A stretch of 64,000 bases of DNA, taken from NCBI GenBank assembly GCA_001600815.1, contig BCKZ01000001.1, forward strand, positions 478,613 to 542,612. The letters run 5' to 3'. The stretch's first letter is position 1; every line of letters begins with the position of its first letter. The stretch is from Alloascoidea hylecoeti (lineage: Eukaryota). Made by a program: the position numbers and the translations under genes. The notes under the pieces are model-generated. The model was not told where the DNA came from and did not search any database. It saw only the letters and a list, made by a program, of their open reading frames with translations. Shown here piece after piece: positions 47,401 through 55,914 of this stretch.

Positions 47401-48718
47401 CATATAGTTTTGCAACATTACTTAAAACATTAGTTTTTGAATAGATATCGAGACCACTTGATGAATTTTGAAGTTGAGTTAATAATGAGGAAATATAAGG
47501 TTTTGTTAGAAATTTGTTATGTTGATTTAAATAGTAATGAGAAAGAGAGGCTGAAGATGGGAGAGGTATATCTAATACCATGGATGTTAAAACCCTCTCA
47601 TCAAGTCCATAATTATGACTATGAGTTAATAATGTGGATAATCGTAATAAGGTATCTATATATACTTGTGGAGGACATGAATCAGACGGCTGTAATTGAG
47701 ACATTGAATAATATTGTAGAGCTTTTGTTGTAATGTCAGGGATCACTTCCAATAAATCAACCTCAACCACGGGTCTTTCCCTGATATCGCCTATAGGAGA
47801 TGACATAGAATTTCTTGGAGACGAGATAGGAGTTAATATTCCAGCGATCCCATTATTATGAGAACCGCTTAATATAGAGGGTACTTGAAATGGAGCATCG
47901 ACATGACGAAGTAAAACCATTGATAATGCTATTCCATCAATAGCTGAGCCTAACCATAAATGATCTCCAGCACTTTTTAACTGTGTAGCAGCCTCCGTAA
48001 ACGTTTTCAAAGCTAAGCTATACAAACCAGCCAATAAATGGCAATTACCTGTGATCTTCAATAAACGCCCTTTAGCTCTTGCTTGTTTCTTATCATGAGA
48101 CCCTAGGCTGCTAGTGCTTCCTGTTTTTGAATGAACCGGTGGAAGATGAGATAAAACTGCTCCAACAGATACGGGTGATCTGATAGTCACAGGGGTATAT
48201 GATTGCATCAGAGTCCCCAACTCTCTTAAAAACGTTGAAGTTATATCACACATGACTGTTCCTAAACTAGCATTGGTATCAACAAAGTACATTCCTTCCT
48301 CATCTTCATTTGTAAGATTATTACTGTCATTAGGTTGTTCATTTTGCTTATAAAATATTATAGCATGCATTATAGCAGATGGATACTTCTTTTTCAGTTT
48401 TGAGAGACTCTCACTTGCATCATTTGAAGGCCTTGTTCCAATTGCCATAACTATAAGTGTTCTTCTCCAAATATCAAAATCGTGCAGATACAACGTGTCT
48501 TCACTAGAACCACTAACATGAAAATCATATATAACTTTTCCACTAGGAAAGGCCAATGGATTAAAAGGACCAGTTTGGTTATTAGGGTTTGAGACGTCAA
48601 CAAGTCGAACCTCATGGGCCTTTTTCAAAGCATAGATGTGAGATCTGAATTCAGAAGGAGTTGTTTCTGGCCCAGGAAGGACCAATGTTCGGACACGGGA
48701 GGGTAGAGTGTATTTCAT
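44426..48718 (-). CDS. TRS120: TRAPP II subunit Trs120
   Basis: FNPLAFPSG, KGRLLKITGNCHLLAG, DHLWLGSAIDG, MLLEGE, DLRNAW and FWYRKELL blocks; 1430 aa. Confidence 0.93.
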   Translation of the reverse strand: MKYTLPSRVRTLVLPGPETTPSEFRSHIYALKKAHEVRLVDVSNPNNQTGPFNPLAFPSGKVIYDFHVSGSSEDTLYLHDFDIWRRTLIVMAIGTRPSNDASESLSKLKKKYPSAIMHAIIFYKQNEQPNDSNNLTNEDEEGMYFVDTNASLGTVMCDITSTFLRELGTLMQSYTPVTIRSPVSVGAVLSHLPPVHSKTGSTSSLGSHDKKQARAKGRLLKITGNCHLLAGLYSLALKTFTEAATQLKSAGDHLWLGSAIDGIALSMVLLRHVDAPFQVPSILSGSHNNGIAGILTPISSPRNSMSSPIGDIRERPVVEVDLLEVIPDITTKALQYYSMSQLQPSDSCPPQVYIDTLLRLSTLLTHSHNYGLDERVLTSMVLDIPLPSSASLSHYYLNQHNKFLTKPYISSLLTQLQNSSSGLDIYSKTNVLSNVAKLYDDLKMERKKAAIIRDLLLSIRKKLGKTKNQHDRSHINNRPEENIGLIKVLYSLADVYKPSTDLGVDNGFSDFYLSTLKSLILVADSIPSPKTTINFICRLFKHAGENLDDEEQLKLYTIFDHSVEALRNQKGKRKVEDSKPNNQVNEFGQDEVEYWDDNFIRDAMIILPEDLLLPAPSSKPPSSSRPNSSRYSNGSPMTSLLSTPRSARTTSDTDSPSIKRASTEGSILFNPFNKEASTNESDIVLTSNEKLEFQLKMLNKMKIDIEIDKIELHTPSKCIIGEEGVTLETIKSKKPYILPANSIIDLKLTVIPKGAGELKIDGVIVKTRGCKESLFKIGSKMILGNGALPEKLKVIGLQQSDTIIADDVITRPNQLIPQYQSKTLSYFIIPPQPLLKLTDITLTHNWLMLLEGEKHVFSISIQNISENIPVNFIELYFNDSTIAPLQLALEKSNSASNTGKDLNNKDFVPLNEVFEIEYFLLMKNSLKWINQNNNGDKRNEIIIKSGSSFKLELETFGKRGMKDATIRIEYGYHDPIYFDSSNDTKKFSKNMERYKNYVRSITVPLNITVNTSVELAGCDLIALKSGYSTTLSNLNGDANKSTISDAQIWKFIHNISAQGKSVADYCLLVIDLRNAWVNELTVILESSNGTFYEDEIDEDDVSTTIEEDIYKIEQTIDPGRTTRFILPIQRIKIPKEQLMKQIPSLRNKQFILDQSSRTEHGNFLRESFWYRKELLRHLRGKWYEKKQNCTIGNVKDMGRSGEVELRGVRLSQNMVNVLQVNDVDIQMTMETTLERQMIVTKLNNNDIYSPTTVTEVVNEESNDTTPVNRGPFWEIKRATFVTIKTKIINNTSRSICGILRHVPGVAPGLSANDSNMNGNANNNNLSSTPAANNNSSNNSLDRQILFNGVLQRIIPPIKPNCTKIIDFGVIFLEKGEYEWGAMFDEIIVPSENSNGITNTPKRFSNGPELIDDYKTPGQFVQREPLAIKVT

Positions 48719-48863
48719 TCCAATCCTGAATCATATACATATATGATCATGAAACGTAGAGGGGACACTTCATTAGGTATGGCTACACCAACTCAACTAT
48801 AAACACCCACACACCTTTTATTCCTCTTTTCCTACATCAACACTTTTGGTTCAACTTAAGTTT

Positions 48864-48872
48864 ATTGCCACC
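48864..48872 (-). promoter_or_regulatory. PACE-like (Rpn4) element GGTGGCAAT
   Basis: 8/9 match to GGTGGCAAA immediately upstream of a proteasome subunit gene. Confidence 0.55.
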
Positions 48873-48897
48873 TTCTTCATCTATTATCAATTCCAAA

Positions 48898-49701
48898 ATG
48901 GCAGGCCTAAGTTTCGAAAACTACCAACGTAATCAATTCCTTGCAGCCAAAGGACTCAAGGCATCAGCCACTTCAACAGGTACTACTATTGTGGGCTGTC
49001 GTTTCGCCACTGGTGTTGTAATCGCCGCAGATACAAGAGCTACATCAGGGCCAATTGTTGCCGATAAAAATTGTGAAAAATTACATTTGATCAGTCCCAA
49101 TATATGGTGTGCTGGAGCTGGTACAGCAGCAGATACCGAAATGGTAACACAATTGATATCTTCAAATGTTGAATTGCATTCATTATATACTGGAAGAGAA
49201 CCTCGTGTAGTTACAGCCTTGACTCAATTGAAACAACATTTATTTAAATATCAAGGTCATATCGGTGCTTATTTAATTCTAGCTGGTATTGATCCAACTG
49301 GTCCTAAACTATTTGCAATTCAGGCCCATGGTTCGACTGATGTTGGTTATTACCTTTCTTTAGGTTCAGGATCTATGGCCGCAATGGCTGTATTAGAATC
49401 AAAATGGAGGAACGATTTGAATAGAGAAGAGGCAATGGCACTTTGTACAGAAGCAATTGAATCTGGTATTTGGAATGATTTAGGTTCTGGTTCAAATGTT
49501 GATTTATGTGTTATGGAAGCAGATCAGAAGACTCAATTATATAGGAATTACAAGACACCAAATGTTAGAGCTCAAAAGGAGAAATCATATAAATTTAAAA
49601 GAGGTACAACTGCTGTATTACAGAAATCAGTATATGATATCGTTGAGGTTTTGGAATTACCAGTTGAATCTGTTGGTGGAAATGACATGGAAATAGATTA
49701 G
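48898..49701 (+). CDS. PUP1: 20S proteasome beta-2 subunit
   Basis: MAGLSFENYQRN propeptide, TG/TTIVG catalytic Thr, DTRAT, SLGSGS and WNDLGSGSNVD. Confidence 0.97.
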   Translation: MAGLSFENYQRNQFLAAKGLKASATSTGTTIVGCRFATGVVIAADTRATSGPIVADKNCEKLHLISPNIWCAGAGTAADTEMVTQLISSNVELHSLYTGREPRVVTALTQLKQHLFKYQGHIGAYLILAGIDPTGPKLFAIQAHGSTDVGYYLSLGSGSMAAMAVLESKWRNDLNREEAMALCTEAIESGIWNDLGSGSNVDLCVMEADQKTQLYRNYKTPNVRAQKEKSYKFKRGTTAVLQKSVYDIVEVLELPVESVGGNDMEID

Positions 49702-50054
49702 TTAAAATTAATATTTATCAACATAAAAATAAATCATTAGGACTGTAATGTGAATAATCAATCGTCAGATCTAGCACTTTGTTATACTTATAAAGTGAGA
49801 CTTTGAGTTCCACAATTGTTTTTAATCTCACATTTGTGCATACATGTTCTGTTGTAGCCGACGTTATTATAAACTACCTAGAAGCTCAAACAAATGGACC
49901 CGCTGTGAGCACATAAATTAAACAAGATTCTTAGTGGTTCATACTAGTTCTTGAAAATAACCCCCACTTAAGCCGATTTAAAGGCTAAATATTGGATAGA
50001 CATAAACGATGAGTAAATGAGCCAAATTACATAGCTCAATATTTTTTCCTACCG

Positions 50055-50467
50055 TAGACATACACTTTTCAATGGGGTGTTTACAAAAGATCGTTCCCTC
50101 CATTAAACCAAATTTCACAAAAAACATTGCTTTTGGTGTTATGTTTCTATAGCTAGAAAAAGGTGAATATGAATGTGGCGCCATGTGTGATGAAATCATT
50201 GTTCCTAGTGAAAAATTCAATGCGGATGGTAGATGTACATTTATTACAAATACTCCAAAGATATTTTCAAACGGACCCGAATCAGTTGATGGTTTCAAGA
50301 CTTTAGCAATTTGTTCGAAGAGAACCATAAAACTTCTAAATTACATAGTTACAAGATCTAGACCTTAGATTACTATGCATATCACTTTTGTAACATGATC
50401 AAATACATTATGATAGAAATTTCATTGGGGTTACCGTTTCGAATCCTTATTTGTTTGTTATACTTCC
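50055..50467 (+). pseudogene. Decayed inverted duplicate of the TRS120 3' coding end plus 3' flank (source 44283-44700, minus strand)
   Basis: By-eye alignment shows long shared blocks, e.g. GAAAAAGGTGAATATGAAT, TGATGAAATCATTGTTCCTAGTGAAAA, TATTACAAATACTCCAAAGA, TTTTCAAACGGACCCGAAT, TCACTTTTGTAACAT, TTACCGTTTCGAATCCT, with indels and frameshifts. Confidence 0.92.
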
Positions 50468-50811
50468 TATATATATACTACACGTTCTGGGCCACAAATC
50501 CGGTGGATAAGATCATGTAGCTCCTGATAAGATTCGGGTTGACCACTCTTCAAATATTATTAGTAAGAGTACAGTCATCTAGTTAAGCGCTCTAATCAAA
50601 AATGTCAAAAAGTGGAAATCCACATATTCAAGTTCAAAAAATTATGGAAGAAAATTTCCATTGTTGTATGCGATTATGGGGCATTTTGTTTATTGTCGTA
50701 AATCTGAAAACTTAACTAATTGATGTTCTAAAATATGACCACAATAAAATTGGGTCTGGAATATCTGAGAAGAAACTTCCAGGTATATATATCACTGGAA
50801 ATTAATCTGGA

Positions 50812-51640
50812 ATGGATATTGGAAATTTTATAGAAGAAAATTTGGAAACCTTTGAGAAACTACTATCATTTTTATTCTCATTTCAATATCACCATATTCC
50901 GCTTTTAAATGAAGAATTAATTTTAAGAGATTTTTTAAATACCGTATTGTCACATAGTATTCTCGTTTATTATTTGCTTTATGCTCTTATTCATGTTTAT
51001 ATTTCACAAACGATTCAAAAATCAAAAATTTAAGTGCCAGCTGCAGTTTCTACACATTATCAGAAAATTTGATAGTTGAAAAAATTCTAGATCTCCTTCA
51101 ATAACATTCAATCATTTATAGCAAGAGAAATTTCTGAATTACAAAATAGGTTACACAGTCTGCTAGATATTCTTCAACGGAAACAATGTATAACTATTGG
51201 GTAATTATCGTCAATTATACATCATCTCTCTCTTTCGCAATCTAAACAGTTTTTAATTATGACGCTTTTACTTTTTGCTTTTCAGCCCATACCATAAATA
51301 GTTTTTAATACAAAGGCTTGGTGTGACTGTTGTGGAGCATATAGAATCCAGATCCCGTATCCGGATCCCGTATGACATTCGTCACAAAATACAACACCAT
51401 CGCAGATGTCATGAAAGCGCTACAACGCTCATTATTTGATTTATTGCCCTTTCAGTAAGTCCTACAAACATTCCTGCTGAATGAAATGCAACACCAGAAA
51501 ATTGTTGAAATATTTATTTACTGTGAATCGCACAGCTGAAAGTGACCCGTGTAATAATGCCTTCCGTTTATTTCAGAAATTGAGAAGCTATTCTGCTCAT
51601 ATTACAAATTTTAATTCGCTTAGTGGTTGTAAATATATTT
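50812..51640 (+). pseudogene. Probable relic of a fungal Zn(II)2Cys6-family transcription factor (Fungal_trans middle-homology region)
   Basis: Motif-like fragments occur in the expected order across shifted frames: LLSFLFSFQYHHIPLLNEELILRDF; FYTLSENLIVE; SPSIT/IQSFIARE; RLH; YWVI...SLSF; DLLP; FLLNEMQH; CNNAFRLFQKLRSY. Stops and frameshifts occur throughout. Confidence 0.45.
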
Positions 51641-51812
51641 TAAAATTAGAATTATGTAAGTTTTCGGTTAATGGAGCAAAAAAAGGTTGTGCTTTTTGGT
51701 GTGGTATATGGCAAAAAAGGCACAACTTTATTAAGTAGTACCACCATGTGTACATAAAGATTAATCTCCCAGCCCTTTTTCACCCGAGCCTTCTTGCCGT
51801 GAGCCCCAGGGT

Positions 51813-51990
51813 TCGGAAGCTTGCAATCCGAGGCGTTGGATCTTGACTCGGAAAGCCGGATATTTTCAATCCTAGGCGTCGGATGTGGACTCGGAAAGCA
51901 GAGTGTTTGCCAAAATTGGCCTCGGGATTGGACTCGGAGGTATACAATGAGCTAACCTGTGCAGGACTCGGGATTCGGAATTCGGAGGGC
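51813..51990 (+). repeat. GC-rich degenerate tandem repeat with 43-bp period and nine co-oriented TCGG motifs
   Basis: GACTCGG recurs at 51845, 51888 and 51931 (43-bp spacing) and at 51965. Units 1 and 2 align (CAATCCgAGGCGTtGGATctTGACTCGGAAAGC vs CAATCCtAGGCGTcGGATgtgGACTCGGAAAGC). Confidence 0.8.
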
Positions 51991-52870
51991 TTCAGGGTCT
52001 CTGATATGAATAAACTTGCTTGAATTGTTTTAAAAGATAGAGAACTTAACTAGCCATTCAAGATTCTGATAATGAATAGAAGGTGGCACTTAAATTACCA
52101 ATTTTTGAATCATGAACGATGAATAAACATCAATAGGAACACTCTCCTTTAGCCTCTGCTTGTGTCTACGGCGGTAAAAAGGTTCAAACATTTAAATTCT
52201 GCGTAAAAACAACCCACATCCCCCCAAAAAGAATCCCTCTACTCAAAATTCCCCACCATCAAAAAGTAGAATATCAAAACCTTTCAAGCCGATTGCAAGA
52301 TCATGAAACTTGTTTTTTTTTTTTAAAAAAAAAAGACTAAATTCCCCTGGAAAAGAGTCCTCTCTGAGTAATAAGTACGTGATCACCAACTCTTTTAAAC
52401 CGAATCCAATAAGATAAATAAAAAAAGTGAGCCATTAACAGAAATATTTCCCTCACCATATTCTCCAAAGAAAGTACCGTTATAGCAACATGTATGTCCC
52501 AATCACTACAGTGCTCTGTCCGTACATTTTGAAATATTTATAGAACTACAATTTTCAATGACATTAGTTTCAAACAATGGTAGGTACTAGGTAGTGTAGG
52601 AGGTTGAACTGGAGATCTAAGTTATACTGTGGATGCTCAAGTGATTGTGATTCTAAAACTTCTGCCAATTGGCACACACATCAAAATCTTTCGTCAAAGC
52701 AGAATCAAACTATCCGTACCATATCTCAACATGATTTTGAATACCGATAAAGTATATGATTGAATTGAATTATCAGAACTGTTATGCACTCTAGGATATT
52801 TTTCAAAACACCCAACCACCCGACCGATCTTAGATAAATTCTGATCTCTTTCCTTTTATATTACTCCATA

Positions 52871-53332
52871 ATGTCTCGACACCCAATTACTTGTCATATT
52901 CTAGATACAACCCGTGGAAAACCAGCAGCAGGTGTCTCCTGTGCGATCTTTCGAATTGCAAATCTTCCAAATACAACAGATAATCATCCAGTAAACCCAA
53001 CAAATGCTTTTGGTATCGCAAATACAGATGCTGATGGTCGGATTTCCAAATGGACTCTAAATGGAAATGGACTTTCTTCCTCCTCAAATAACGTTTGGAA
53101 TACTGACAATTTACTTCCTGGAATTTATAAAATCCGGTTTGAAACTTTACAATATTTTGTAGAAGCTGCAAAAGAAGATTTAAAAAACAATGGAATTATT
53201 GATTTGGAAGCTTCAAAAACTTTTTTCCCATTTGTTGAGGTTAGTTTCATTGTCAGAGATCCTCCAGATGCTCATTATCATATTCCTTTATTATTGTCAA
53301 ATTATAGTTATTCTACTTATCGGGGTAGTTAA
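52871..53332 (+). CDS. 5-hydroxyisourate hydrolase (transthyretin-like protein)
   Basis: ITCHILDTTRGKPA, DGR, FFPFVEV, HYHIPLLLS and the C-terminal YRGS signature. Confidence 0.95.
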   Translation: MSRHPITCHILDTTRGKPAAGVSCAIFRIANLPNTTDNHPVNPTNAFGIANTDADGRISKWTLNGNGLSSSSNNVWNTDNLLPGIYKIRFETLQYFVEAAKEDLKNNGIIDLEASKTFFPFVEVSFIVRDPPDAHYHIPLLLSNYSYSTYRGS

Positions 53333-55444
53333 GGATGCAAATCCCAAAGTGGTAATTAAGTCGGGAGTTTCCATATATACTTATCCGGCACGTGCTCTAT
53401 TTAGCTAAATAAAAATTCAATTTAAAGTATCTGCAGTGCCGTTGTTTTGGAAATACCTTCAATTCTGAACAGATAGTGCAGAACGCGTTGTATCTGGAGT
53501 GAATGATTTCTTTAGATCTTGATGTTGAAAATTTATAATTAAAGCTCTGATATGCATCTATACATATGCATGAAAACACTTTATACTTAAATAATTAATA
53601 AATAGCCCTGAAATAATAATACTTAATCAATTAATCAGATTGTTAACTATAATAATAAAAGATCAAAAATCAATATAGATTGTTTGCAATTGCAATAAAA
53701 AAAGTTTTACAGAAAAGTTAAATCAACGGTAATAATTAGTTAAAGCTTTTTTATAAAAGCAAAATCACTAAAAAAGAAAATCACAAATCAATTGCAAAAT
53801 ATATAGTTTGTTTGTTTTGAGAGGTGAACAATGATCATGAAGTATAATAATAGCAGTAATAATATTAATAATAATAACAAATAATGATTAATATGAACGA
53901 GATAAAAAAAAAAATTTAAAAGCAAACGAAAGTGAAATAAAAGCTTAGGAGTTAAAATAATGAAATAAGATATCTTTTTTTTTTGTTTTCTTTGTGTTTG
54001 TTTGTTTGTTGGTTAAGAGGAAGGACCTAAATAAAGTACTAGGTAGTATTGCAAAAATTGTTAGCGTTTTTGTGAAATCAAGTAAATTATATAATATAAG
54101 TAATAACGAAAACAGAAACTGTTTATTTCAAAATTGTAGTCTTATCTGAATCCACAATAAATTAGTTGAGTTAAAGCAAAATGAATATTATTTGTGTTAT
54201 ATAACTTAAGTTATTGATGTTTAGTGATAGTGTTAATAAGCAAAATGATTGTTCTTTCATATATTTAGATTGATTGATAACATAAAAAAATGAAAGATAT
54301 AGTTTAGTTTAGTTTAGTTTAGTTAAGTTGAATTGTAATAAAAAAAGGTGATAATTTGTTTGGTTGATTGATCAATTAATGTTGATTTATTTGAAAAAAA
54401 GCAAGAATAAATATGAAGTTAAGGTATGAGAGAATATAGATGCAAAAACAATTAAAACTGGTAAAATTTCAAAAGAAAGCAATAAAGGAAAGACTTGTAT
54501 GTGTTATTATTATAACTGTTTGATTTTGAGTATGTTAGTTGATAATTAGCTTTGAATAGTTGTTTATTTAGAATCATATTCTGTTGGTCGTAATTGTAAT
54601 TGTTTAAATGTTAGTTATAGTACCGCAAATGACATGTATGCTTGCAATCGAAACATAGTAGTATTTAAAAAGGAATTAAAAAAGAGAGGAATAAAAAGAA
54701 TCAATATACCGGTATACCATAAATAGTTTAAATAACCCAATGAAAAGATCAGCGTCTTCAATTATAAATGAAGTTCCTTGATTTCCACGATGCATGATCA
54801 GAAATCATGAATGCTTTGAAGTGAATTGATAGAAAATTATAGAATAAAATATAGTTTGTTTGGTTTTTTTCCCTGATATTAAATTATAATTAATAAATAA
54901 AGAAAAGCATATGCATGTGATTTGTATAATGTGTAAATGAAACAAAAGTATATATAAAATGAGATGATCACCTTCTCTTATCTTTATAAATAATATACTC
55001 CGAGTTTATATTATGAGACGAGACCCCTTCACTAAATTGCAAAAATCATGTATAAAACCATAACCCCCAATTAATGTTTTATAAAGTACTAAAAAGTCCA
55101 TCCATAGTTTTCAATCTCATTTTATATCATATCAGTTGTATTTGTCATTTGGGTGTAGGTATTAAAAATAAAAAGCCATTTATGAAGAAAGCAGAAACAT
55201 GTCAAATACCATTTTAGCAAAACCATAACTAGATTTAGTTGTTGTTTTATAGTTAAAAACAGACTAAGAAATTTTAGTTACTCAATGCAAAAGCGGATAA
55301 TTTTAAAAAAAAAATTACAATAATGAAATGATAAGATAACAAAACATTGCATTCTCTTTTTATAAAATAAACAATTATTAAGAATAAAACCAAAGAAACC
55401 AAGTAATATAAAACAAAACATGAAGAAAAAGAGTATCAAACATT

Positions 55445-55522
55445 TAATAATAATAATAATAATGATAATAATAATAATAATAGTAGTAGTAATAATAATA
55501 ATAATAGTAGTAATAATGATAA
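55445..55522. repeat. (ATA/GTA)n trinucleotide microsatellite within a low-complexity AT-rich tract
   Basis: Read directly. An (AGTTT)n repeat also lies near 54300. Confidence 0.85.
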
Positions 55523-55914
55523 TCGTATTAAATAGTAATGAAAAGAACAAGTTAATAAAACAAAAAATGGAATAGAAAAGTTCAAACAAAATCAACAAAT
55601 TAATTCAAATTCAATCAACAAATTTAAAGAGAAAGAAAAAAAAAAAGAAAAAGTGAAAGAAAAACTTTTTTTGTAAAATAAAATCAAAATATTATAGCAT
55701 ATTATAGCAAAATTTGTGTGTCCATCCATTCATTAATCAATTGAACCAAATAAAAAATCAATAAAGAAAAGAAAAGAAATGAAAAGAGAAGAAAGAAACA
55801 CAAGAAAAAAAAAACAATCGAGATACACACCCTCCCCTTATAATTATAAAGCTTATTAAATTATATAAGACATACCACAACTTATTTTTTAAACTCATGA
55901 TGACTTTTATTTCT

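Noticed and set aside
2845..48718. Alternative yeast genetic code (CUG as Ser or Ala)
   Set aside because: CTG falls at positions expected to be Leu or hydrophobic (RHGQRLD in the phosphatase, WLMLLEGE in Trs120). Few sites were checked, so this is only supportive.
49978..50368. ORFs 49978-50328 (-) and 50183-50368 (+) as independent genes
   Set aside because: They are pieces of the decayed TRS120 duplicate in antisense and sense frames.
51813..51990. CRISPR-like or telomeric interpretation of the 43-bp repeat
   Set aside because: Eukaryotic context, no cas genes, no identical repeats with unique spacers, and the units are degenerate and internal.
55870..55875. GTATGT donor 40 nt after the BNI4 stop (possible 3'-UTR intron)
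   Set aside because: No convincing branch point and acceptor nearby.
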